A stretch of DNA of 64,000 nucleotides, from the NCBI RefSeq assembly GCF_004010195.1, contig NC_057718.1, positions 21,364,735-21,428,734 on the forward strand, written 5' to 3'. The stretch comes from Chiloscyllium plagiosum (lineage: Eukaryota). This document shows positions 52,366 through 63,325 of this stretch, piece after piece (the first letter of the stretch is position 1; each line of letters begins with the position of its first letter). The translations under genes and the position numbers were made by a program. Below the pieces are notes generated by a model. The model ran no database searches, was not told the DNA's origin, and was given only the letters and a program-made list of their open reading frames with translations.

Positions 52366-53979
52366 AAAAGCTGTATGTACATAAGAGCACAACTACCACT
52401 CGCCACAAACATGACTTACAGCAAATGTGCATGTGAATATCTCTGGGTATAGATGCTACAAAATAATGTTTCCAAATCCATGTAGTGTTTGCAAACCTCA
52501 ATGAAGTAAAGACTAATTTCATGAACATTACAACAAACAATCCTGGGGTGGGGGAATCAAAAGGGGTCATTCAAAATTATCTTTTGACCACGTTTTTTCT
52601 TCATTACTAAAAATATTAGGGATGTAAAAGTACTCTGATGTAGAGGGTTGTGAGTGTTGAAAACCTCTGGTCATGTATCCAACCAGAGTTGGTTTTACAA
52701 TTACAGTCACTAGGTTTCCTATTATGAGTTTAGCACACAAGGCCTTAGCAACTGAGGTGATTTTTCTGAGTCTCTGCAGTCATGCAATTATTTATTATAT
52801 ATTTATATAGTTCTGCCTTACAATCACAGTTGCACAGTTCAAATACTGCCGAATTATCCTGATGCAATGCATTAAGATGTCAAGATGATTTTTTATGTTG
52901 TGAGCCTGAGGTCTATTTTGCGGTCACGTGAGCATCCAGCTTTATCATTCACCCTGCCAATTTCATCACCTATGAAATTTGTCTGACATTATCATACAAA
53001 AGTAGGGAACAATGAAGAGTGCAGACTGCTACTGGCCTTATTTGAATTACATTAAAATAGTTTTGTAATGAATAACTCATTCGAGGATTCATATTGTTAA
53101 TGACAACAGGGAATAATACACTGAGAGTCCTGACTCACTTTCCTGCAACCTGTCCCAAAATGTAAAATATTTTCCCTGAAATACTGCTGTTCAGGACAAG
53201 CGCAATTCACACCATCATGTTTAACTGAAAAATATCATAAATAATATTAGAGTCATACAGCATGAAAACAGATCTTTCAGAATGCATTAATAAAAGATAA
53301 AGGAGTTTAATCAATGTGAAATTATATGGTTTCAAATAACCAAGATACACACAGATTCACAACTAAGATAGATTAGGGTGGAAAAATATAGACAAGATAA
53401 ACAAAATTCTGAAGATCACAAATCCAAATTTCAAGGGTGGTGTCTTTCACACAGTCTTTTCAAATATAGACAGCATGCTTCTGTTTGTCGGGTGATAGTT
53501 GTAAATTCATTTGATAATTCATTGGATCTTCTTGTTAGAATTCGTTCTTTTAAGTTATATTCATTTTCTTTCTTCCCTTCACATGAAAAGAAAGCATGCA
53601 AGGGAAGAGATAGATGTTTTCAGTTTTCATACTTCAGACAAATCCCTCTGTGTCGGCACTTGCAGCTTTGGACACTTTCCAGCTCGACCAGAGGACTGCA
53701 TCATGCAGTATTTCCTTATCTCAAATGCCTCACTGTGCCACTCGCTCTCTCGTTCACCCCCTCCCTGCTTCAAAACGCAACATTGAATTGCACAGCACCA
53801 AATAAAATGCAGTACTCAGTTTTCAGATTGTAAAATTCTGGTACTTCCATTATTTAGATTTTTGCTTCCAAAAAAGTACTCCCTTATAGAACACTCTGAG
53901 AAAAACTTTTAGGTTGAGGATTGAAAATTTGATATGCAAAAAATGAAAACATCCGGTTTGAGTTGCCAGGTTGAGATTT

Positions 53980-54178
53980 GGGGTGGCATGGTATCTCAGG
54001 GGTTAGCACTGCTGCCTCACAGGCCCAGGTTCAGTTCTAGCGTTGGGTAACTGTGTGAAGTTTGCATGTTCTCCTTATGTCTGCATGGGTTTCTTCTGTG
54101 TGTTCTGATTTTCTCCCACAATCCAATGATTTGCAGATAGCTGGATTGACCATAATGTCCAGGGATGTATAGATTAGG
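53980..54178 (+). mobile_element. tRNA-derived SINE, diverged
   Basis: GGGTGGCATGGTATCTCAGGGGTTAGCACTGCTGCCTCAC head. Confidence 0.75.
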
Positions 54179-54400
54179 ATGTAAGTTTGCTCACTGAGCT
54201 GGAAGGTTTGTTTTGAGACGTTTTGTCACCGTACTAGGTAACATGATCAGTGAGCCTGCGGTGAAGCACTGGTGTTATGACCTGCTTTCTATTTATGTGT
54301 TTAGGTTTCCTTGGCTTGGTGATGTCACTTTCAGTGGTGATATCATTTCCTGTTCTTTTTCTCAGAGGGTGGTAAATGGGGTTCAAGTCTATGCATCTGT
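54178..54400 (-). mobile_element. PLE terminal fragment (family C) with degenerate hammerhead motif at 54214-54254
   Basis: Minus strand CTCA-CTGATCA-T-GTTACC-TAGTAC-GGTGAC-AAAACGTC-TCA. Confidence 0.55.
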
Positions 54401-57164
54401 TGTGTCACAAAGCTAGTCCCTTTTTTATCTAAAAGTTGTTCCTTGGCTCAAAGAGACTCTGTCCTTGATTTTTTTTCAGATGGTCAATAAACCGGGCTGG
54501 GCTCCGAACAGTCTGGTTTGGTAGAGATGAAAAGAATTTTGAGAGGCCTTTTGTTTACATGTAAACAGATGAGACTTCAGGCCAAAGTGGTCACGTTTTA
54601 GAAGTGACCTGCATAATGAAAGGGAAGTGGTCAGCTCTCTCGCTGAGCTGAGCAGTTTAGTTCAGTCTTGAACTGGTGAGAAGTTCAACAGGGAGCTGTG
54701 TGGAAGCTCGCTCTCTCTTTCTGCCATTCAACTTCAACCTGTAAGCATGTGTTCCATTTATACTAGTTTTTAAAGAGAGTTTGCTTATTGAGATTGTTGT
54801 GTTTATTCAGAACAGCATAATGAAGTCTAGTTGGATAGGGTGAGTTCTGTAGGGGCTCTTTATTCTGTTCTTTGTGCTTCAGTGTGTAATTTTGTGAATA
54901 CAATTTTTATCTGTTTTAAAATCTAGTAGTCAACCTAACTAACTTAATCTTGGTAATTTTCACTGTACACTTACCAAAACAAATAGTAAAGTTATGGTCT
55001 GAGCTGCCTGCTCGGGATGTTTTGAGTTGTCTGGCTTAGTCCATAACAGATTGGGGGCCCTTGCGGGATTTTAAACAGCAAGTGGTAGGTGCTAGTGTCT
55101 TTATTTCGAGTGTTGGTTTGGTTAGGTGAACAAAGCTTGGGATAGTAATGGCTCTTCCAGTCACCAAAAGGTCTCTGGATGTGGATGCGGTGACTTTGGA
55201 AGTTTTGCAAAAAGTGAATAAGGCCAAGTTGCAAGAATTAGCAGAGAAGCCAGAATTGGAACTGCCTGCTTCTGTGAGGAAATGAGAGATAATTACAGCA
55301 GTAGCTCAGCATTTAACCTTGCTGGAGAAACTATCAGAATCTATAGAGATGGCAAGAGTTCAATTACAAATGAAGCAGCTTGAGTTAAAGGCGTAAGATA
55401 AGGAAAGGGCAGCTGAAATGAAACAGTTTGAATTACAATTAAAAGCAGAAGACAGGAAAAAAGAGAGAGCAGCAGAACAGAGAGAAAAAGAGAGAGTAGA
55501 GAAAGAAAAAGAGAGAGCTTTTGAACTTCAAAAACTGCTACTTGAAAAGTCAGTTTAAAAGGCTGGAGATAAAAGTTGAGGGTAGGCTCATGAGGAAGTA
55601 ATGCGAATTCTGTGGAAGAGCAGAGAGTTAAAACAGCAAAGTTAGCAGCTGAAGTGGCTGATGATTATGAACTGGTCCATACAATTTGGTTTGATTTCCA
55701 GAATCAATTTCAGTCCATGAGGGATAGAAATTGGGGCAAAGAGAAATCCTCACATGGAACAGGAAAGGTAGATCTCAGTGAAATTCATAAGAATAGCTTA
55801 CCACAGGTTATAAAAGACACCCTTCAGGGGGGAAAAGAAGTTAAAATGCTCCAGTGTTTTCATTGTAATAAAGTGGGCCACACGAAATCAGTGTTGGTGG
55901 GCTAGGAGAAAGCCAGATGTAGGAAAACGAGACAAGCCTGGAAGTTTTGTTGGAATAGTAACAAAAAGCACAAGGGAAGTTAGACAACTGCCTCAGGGGG
56001 TACAAGATAATCACAGGTTATTTAAGGAGGAAGTGCCAAATCTGCTTAAAAAATACACATGCAAGGGTAAAGTTTATTCACATAGTCCAGGAGTAGTAGG
56101 TAATGAGGCTACAATATTGAGGGACACAGAATCCTCTCCATCTGTAATGTTGAAGGATGAGGAGATATGTACTCCTGAGAGACTATTGCCAGAAAAGGTA
56201 CTGGTAACAGGAATTCATGGTGAGACAACAAGTGCTCAATTATGTAAAGTGAGGCTAGAGAGTCCAGAGAAGAATGAAGAATTTGAGGGAGGAGTACTGG
56301 AAAAACTCTCAGCTCCAGGAATACAATTTGCCCTTGCAAATTATATAGCTGATTCACTGGTAGGCATGCTGCCCACTCTAGTTGAAAAGCCAGTGGAGAC
56401 GCAGGCAGCTGAAGACATGGAGAATGTTTTTCCAGGAATTTTCCCTGATTGTGTGATCACAAGATCACAGATACACAAGCTGAAGCAGGAGAGATCAAGA
56501 GGCACAGATAAGGAAGCTGACATAGTGTTATCCAAAACTTGCTTTGAGCAGTTAAGTAGAACAGAGAAGGAGCAAATAGGAAAACATGCCAGTAGTTTAG
56601 CTCTGCTAAACTGATTGAATTACAGCAGAAAGATGAGTTAAAATAGTTACATCAAAAGGCATTTACAAAGAAACAAAGTGAATGCATTCTTGTGTGTTAT
56701 TACTTAACAAATTATGTCCATCAAGGTTGGAGGATATGGAGTCCATCAAGGATTCAAGCAGATGAGAAATGGGCAAGAGATTCATCAAATTGTTTTGCCA
56801 GTAGGGTATAGAAAGGAGGTGTTGCAAGTGGTGCATGAGCTACGACTTGGAGGTCATTTAGGGGTGAGGAAAACACAGGCTAAAATACAAAGACATTTTT
56901 ACTAGCCTGGACTACACAAAGATGTAGTTGAATTTTGCCAGACGTGTCATACATGTCAGCTGATCGGAAAACCACAGGCAGTAATAAAACCTGCACCTTT
57001 AATACTTATTCCAGCATTTGAGGAACTTTTCACAAGAGTCTTGATTGATTTTGTAGGTTCCCTACATCAAACAAAAAGTGGGAATAAGTAATTATTAACA
57101 TTAATGGATGTGTCAACTAGATTTCCAGACGCAATCACATTACGCAACATCATTGCTAAAAGGG

Positions 57165-57481
57165 TTAGATTAGATTAGATTAGATTACTTACAGTGTGGA
57201 AACAGGCCCTTCGGCCCAACAAGTCCACACCGACCCACCGAAGCGCACCCACCCAGACCCACTCCCCTACATCTAACACTACAGGCAATTTAGCATGGCC
57301 AATTCACCTAACCTGCACATTTTTTGGAATGTGGGAGGAAACCGGAGCACCCGGAGGAAACCCACGCAGACACGGGGAGAATGTGCAAACTCCACACAGT
57401 CAGTCGCCTGAGGCGGGAATTGAACCCGGGTCTCTGGCGCTGTGAGGCAGCAGTGCTAACCACTGTGCCACCATGCCGCCC
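57165..57481 (-). mobile_element. tRNA-derived SINE nested in the Gmr1 integrase
   Basis: Reverse complement of the 25490-25801 family with (CTAAT)n tail. Confidence 0.9.
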
Positions 57482-57613
57482 ACCAAGGTTGTAGAAGAAG
57501 TACTTAAATTTTTTACTAGTTACGGACTAACAACAGAGATCCACACAGATCAAGGATCAAACTTCACATCCAAACTATCCAAGGAGGTTGTAGATAAGTT
57601 TGATAAATGCGGT

Positions 57614-58385
57614 GAGTTTTCCTGCATTAAAAGGGACTTACCTCGGGAGTCGGGCCTCCATTTTGCCAGAGCGGCAAGGAGAGAAGGAGAGGTGAAGCGA
57701 GGGCTGCCAGGAAGAGTGAGTTTTCCCGCATTAAAAGAGGCTTACTCGGGAGTCAGGCCTCCATTTTGCCAGAGCGGCGAGGAGAGAAGGAGAGGTGAAG
57801 TGAGGGCTGTCGGGAAGGGTGAGTTTTCCCGCATTAAAAGGGACTTACTCGGGAGTCGGGCCTCCATTTTACCAGGGCAGCGAGGAGAGAAGGAGTGGTG
57901 AAGTGAGGGCTGCAGGGAAGGGTGAGTTTTCCCGCATTAAAAGGGACTTACTCGAGAGTCAGGCCTCCATTTTACCAGGTCAGCGAGGATAGAAGGAGTG
58001 GTGAAGCGAGGGCTGCCGGGAAGGGTGAGTTTTCCTGCATTAAAAGGGACTTTCTCGGGAGTCGGGCCTCCATTTTACCAGGGCAGTGAGGAGAGAAGGA
58101 GCGGTGAAGCGAGGGCTGCCGGGAAGGGTGAGTTTTCCCACATTAAAAGGGACTTACTCGGGAGTCAGGCCTCCATTTTACCAGGGCAGCGAGGAGAGAA
58201 GGAGCGGTGAAGCAAGGGCTGCTGGGAAGGATGAGTTTTCCCACATTAAAAGGGACTTACTCGGGAGTCAGGCCTCCATTTTACCAGGGCAGCGAGGAGA
58301 GAAGGAGTGGTGAAGCGAGGGCTGCCGGGAAGGGTGAGTTTTCCCGCATTAAAAAGGACTTACCTTGGGAGTTGGGCCTCCATTT
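57614..58385 (+). repeat. Tandem 103-104 bp monomer array (7 full units plus a partial) in the CR1 5'UTR
   Basis: GAGTTTTCC unit starts at 57614, 57718, 57821, 57924, 58027, 58130, 58233, 58336. Confidence 0.95.
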
Positions 58386-59004
58386 GCTGAGAGGTTCGAG
58401 GGAAGAGCGAAGGACTTCTGGGAAGTCATATATTTGTGTGGTTGCGTTACCTGAAACACTACTCGGGTAGTGTCTCCCACCCATCCTCCTCCTCTAACCA
58501 AATAAAAAAGGTTCTGTGCGCCAGATTGATAAGGTAACGAGTTTATTTTGTATTCCTTATTTTTTCAACTGTCTCTTTGTGAATTTAGAATAGTGGATGG
58601 AGGTTAAGGTAGTTGAATGTTCCTGCTGCAGAATGTGGGAGGTAAGGGTCACCACTAGTATCCCAGATGACTATATCTGCGGGAAGTGCACCCAACTCCA
58701 GCTCCTTGAAAACTGCGTTAGGGAACTGGAGCTGGAGCTGGATGAACTTCGGATCATTCGTGAGGCAGAGGGAGTTATTGAGAGGAGTTACAGGGAGGTA
58801 GTCACTCCTAAGATACAAGAAAAAGGCAGATGGGTTATCGTCAGGGGATGGAAAGGGAACCGGTTGGCAGTGCAGGAATCCCCTGTGGCTATTCCCCTCA
58901 ACAATAAGTATACCGTTTTGGATACTGTTGGGTGGTCGACTTACAAGGAGAAAACAGTGGGGCGCAGGGCTCTGGCACAGAGTCTGTCCCTGCTGCTCAG
59001 AAGG

Positions 59005-59564
59005 NNNNNNNNNNNNNNNNNNNNNNNNNNNNNNNNNNNNNNNNNNNNNNNNNNNNNNNNNNNNNNNNNNNNNNNNNNNNNNNNNNNNNNNNNNNNNNNN
59101 NNNNNNNNNNNNNNNNNNNNNNNNNNNNNNNNNNNNNNNNNNNNNNNNNNNNNNNNNNNNNNNNNNNNNNNNNNNNNNNNNNNNNNNNNNNNNNNNNNNN
59201 NNNNNNNNNNNNNNNNNNNNNNNNNNNNNNNNNNNNNNNNNNNNNNNNNNNNNNNNNNNNNNNNNNNNNNNNNNNNNNNNNNNNNNNNNNNNNNNNNNNN
59301 NNNNNNNNNNNNNNNNNNNNNNNNNNNNNNNNNNNNNNNNNNNNNNNNNNNNNNNNNNNNNNNNNNNNNNNNNNNNNNNNNNNNNNNNNNNNNNNNNNNN
59401 NNNNNNNNNNNNNNNNNNNNNNNNNNNNNNNNNNNNNNNNNNNNNNNNNNNNNNNNNNNNNNNNNNNNNNNNNNNNNNNNNNNNNNNNNNNNNNNNNNNN
59501 NNNNNNNNNNNNNNNNNNNNNNNNNNNNNNNNNNNNNNNNNNNNNNNNNNNNNNNNNNNNNNNN
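59005..59564. other. Assembly gap (N run)
   Basis: Ns in sequence. Confidence 1.
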
Positions 59565-62500
59565 AGGGGGAGGGGTGTAATTGTTGGTCAAGGACAGTAT
59601 TGCAGTTGTAGAAAGGATGTTTGGGGACTCGTCAACTGAGGTGGTATGGGCTGAGGTTAGAAACAGGAAATGAGAGGTCACCCTGTTGGGAGTTTTCTAT
59701 AGGCCTCCGAATAGTTCCAGAGATGCAGAGGAAAGGATAGCAAAGATGATTCTCAATAGGAATGAGAGAGACAGGGTAGTTGTCATGTGGGACTTCAACT
59801 TTCCAAATATTGACTGGGAACAGTATAGTACGAGTACTATAGATGGGTCAGTTTTTGTCCAGTGTGTGCAGGAGGGCTTCCTGACACAGTATGTACACAG
59901 GCCAACAAGGGTGAAGCTACATTAGATTTGGTACTAGGTAATGAGCCTGGCCAGCTGTTAGACTTGGAAGTAGGTGAGCACTTTGGTGATAGCAATCACA
60001 ATTCTGTTGTTTATTTTAGTGATAGAAAGGGACAGATGTATACCACTGGGCAAGAGTTACAGCTGGGGGAAAGGCAATTATGTTGCGATTAGGCAAGGTT
60101 TAGGAAGCATAGGATGGGGAAGGAAACTGGAGGGGATGGGCACAGTAGAAATGTGGAGTTTATTCAAGGAAAAGCTACTGTGTGTCCTAGATAAGTATGT
60201 ACCTGTCAGGCAGGGAGGAAACTGTAGAGCGTGGGAGCCGTGGTTTACGAAGGAAGTGGACTCTCTGGTCAAGAGGAAGAAGAAGGCTTATGTTAGGATG
60301 AGATGTGAAGGCTCAGTTAGGGCACTTGAGGGTTACAAAGTTGCCAGGAAAGACCTAAAGAGAGAGCTCAGAAGAGCCAGGAGGAGACATGAGAAGCTGT
60401 TGGCGAATAGGATCAGGGTAAACCCTAAGGCTTTCTATAGGTATTTAAGGAATAAAAGAATGACGAGAGTAAGATCATGGCCAATCAAGGATAGTAGTGG
60501 GAAGTTGTGTGTGGAGTCAGAGGAGATAAAGGAAGCACTAAATGAATAGTTTTCGACAGTATTCACTCTAGAAAACGACAATGTTGTCGAGGAGAATACT
60601 GAGATGCAGGCTACTAGACTGGGGGTGGGATTGAGATTCACAAGGAAGAGGTATTAGAAATCCTGCAGAGTGTGAAAATACATAAGTCCCCTGGGCCAGC
60701 TGGGACTTATTCTACAATCTTCTGGGAAGCCAGGAGGGAGATTGCCAAACCTTTGGCATTGATTTTAAAATCGTCATTGTCTACAGGAATAGTGCCAGAA
60801 AACTGGAGGATATGGTTCCCCTGTTTAAGAAGGGGAGTAGAGACAATCCTGGTAATTATAGACCAGTGAGACTTACTTCAGTTGTTGAAATCGTCATTGT
60901 CTACAGGAATAGTGCCAGAAAACTGGAGGATAGCAAATGTGGTTCCCCTGTTCAAGAAGGGGAGTAGAGACAATCCTAGTAACTATAGACCAGTGAGACT
61001 TACTTCAGTTGTTGGTAAAGTTGTGGAAAAGGTTATGAGAGATAGGATTTATAATCATCTAGAAAAGAATAATTTGATTAGGGATAGTCAGCACGGTTTT
61101 GTGAAGGGTAGGACGTGCGTCGCAAACGTTACTGAGTTCTTTGAGAAGGTGACCAGATGAGAGTAAACCGGTTGATGTGGTGCATATGGATTTCAGCAAG
61201 GTGTGCGATAAGGTTCCCCACAGTAGGCTATTATACAAAATGTGGAGGAATGGGATTGTGGCAGATATAGCAGTTTGGATCAGTAATTGGCTTGCTGAAA
61301 GAAGACAATTACTGATCCAATTACTGGTGGTGGTTGATGGGAAATGTTCATTCTGGAGTCCAGTTACTAGTGGTGTACCGCAAGGGTCGGTGTTGGGTCC
61401 ACTGCTGTTCGTCATTTTTATAAATGACCTGGATGAGGGCGTAGAAGGGTGGGTCAGTAAGTTTGCAGACGACACCAAGGTCAGTGGACATAGAACATAG
61501 AACATAGAACAATACAGCACAGAATAGGCCCTTCGGCCCACGATGTTGTGCCTACAGAAGTCAGCTTGTTGTAGAAGAGTAGAAGGGTGGGTTAGTAAAT
61601 TTGCAGACAACACTAAGGTCGGTGGAGTTGTGGATAGTGACGAAGGATGTTGTAGGTTACAGAGAGACATAGATAAGCTGCAGAGCTGGGCTGAGAGGTG
61701 GCAAATGGAGTTTGCTGTGGACAAGTGTGAGGTGATTCACTTTGGTTGGAATAACCGGAATGCAAAGTACTGGGCTAATGGTAAGATTCTTGGTAGTGTA
61801 GATGAGCAGAGAGATCTTGGTGTCCAGGTACGCAGATCCTTGAAAGTTGCCACCCAGGTTAACAAGGTTGTTAAGAAGGCATACAATGTTTTAGTTTCTA
61901 TTAATAGAGGGATCGAGCTCCGGAACCATAAAGACCATGTTGAAGGATTATGGTCAGGATTATCCAGATGATTGGGATAAAGGAGTCCTGTTTGTACTTT
62001 TTGCGATCAGAGATGCACCGAATGAATTGACCAACTTCAATCCATTTGAATTAATATTTGGGTATGAAGCAAGAGAAACGAATAAGTCAGAATTCAATGA
62101 CCACCCATTTGGCCTATATGTCAAATTTTAGAGAAAGGTTAAATAGAGCTGGATAGTTGGCTAGACAGCATTTAAAAGTATCACAGCATACAATGAAACA
62201 GGAAGCAAATAAGAAATCATAAATTTGCAATTTTGCAATGGGGGGATAAGGTATTGGTGTTACTTCCAGTAACAGGTGGGCCTTTAAAAGCAAGGTTTAG
62301 TGGACCTTATCAAATCAAGAGAAAATTAAATGAGGTGAAGTACTTGAAAAGGACTCCAGACAGGAAAAAAATCTCAGAGTGTGTCATGTGAATATACTCA
62401 AAACATATTTTCATTGAGAAGGAAAGCAAGAGGAGAAGGTGTGTTCATGATTATAGCATAGAAGGAAGAACCAAGTTCAGAGGATTCTGAATTGGACATT

Positions 62501-63325
62501 CCTCAAATCAAATTGGACAATGAGGAAGTTGTCAAAAATTGGACTAAATTATTGAATTACCTTCTACGAGAAAATCAAAATGACCTGAAAGAGTTATTAC
62601 TATCAAATGGGGAGATATACAGAAACAAACTGGAAAGTACTAATTGTGCATTACGTAGATATAGAAGGTGGTGTTCTGATTAAGCAACACCCTCATAGGC
62701 ATAACCCTCTAAAGTTGGCACAGGTTCAGAAGAAGATAGAGCGGATGCTCCAAGATGGCACAATCAAAGTGAGTTACAGTGACTGGAGCTCACCCATAGT
62801 CATGGTGCCAAAGTCAGATGGTACCCAAAGCCAGTTATGTGTGTACTATCGCAAAGTCAACACCAGTACAAAGACTGATGCATATCAAATTCCACGGTTG
62901 AAGGACTGTATCAACAAAGTGGGACAAGCAACTTACGTTTCTAAGTTGGACTTGCTCAGAGGCTACTGGCAAATAGCTCTGTCAGAGAGAGCAAAGGCAA
63001 TTTCGGTTTTTGGTAATGCCAAATAGACTGTATCAGTTCAAAATCATGCCATTAAGCATGAAAAACACTCCAGCCACATTTCAGAGACTGACTAATAAGG
63101 TCATTCCTGGGTTGCCCAACTGTATGGTGTACATTGATGACCTGGTGATTTTTAGTGACTCATGGAAGGAACATTTACAGCATTTATTGGACTTGTTTGA
63201 TCGACTTCGGAAGGCAGGCTTGGTGGTAAATCTAGCTAGAAGTGAATTTGCCAAAACCCAAGTCACCTTCCTGGGCATGATATTGGACATGGACAAATGG
63301 TCCCACAAGATGCAAAAATGAAAGT

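Larger units (their letters stand above)
57610..61930 (+). mobile_element. 5'-complete CR1 LINE (monomer 5'UTR, ORF1 from 58597, disrupted ORF2), 3' end missing, nested in the Gmr1 integrase
   Basis: ORF1 CSCC..CGKC plus heptad LQLLENCVRELELELDEL; ORF2 EN and RT motifs nearly identical to 48965-51787. Confidence 0.92.
54403..63322 (+). mobile_element. Gmr1-type Ty3/Gypsy LTR retrotransposon (5' LTR 54403-55048, PBS, gag, PR, IN, RT), decayed and 3' truncated
   Basis: TGTCAC...ATAACA LTR; PBS TGGGGGCCCTTGCGGGAT resembling tRNA-Pro; knuckle CFHCNKVGH; PR-like ILRDTES; IN GGHLGVRKT..CQTCHTCQ..TDQGSNFTS (56.7-57.6 kb, resuming at 61.93 kb); RT WSSPIVMVPK..LDLLRGYWQ..YIDDL (62.6-63.3 kb) lies after IN. 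Confidence 0.88.

Noticed and set aside
53378..53833. 151-aa ORF in apparently unique DNA
   Set aside because: Non-ATG start, no recognisable domain or convincing splice context
57614..58385. Regular array as a possible CRISPR, or as a repeat-protein gene (overlapping ORFs 57473-58484)
   Set aside because: Whole 103-bp units repeat with no unique spacers, no cas genes, vertebrate context; unit length is not a multiple of 3, so the ORFs are incidental
58928..59681. Long ORFs across the second gap
   Set aside because: Artefacts of N runs; only the 58597 start is real CR1 ORF1
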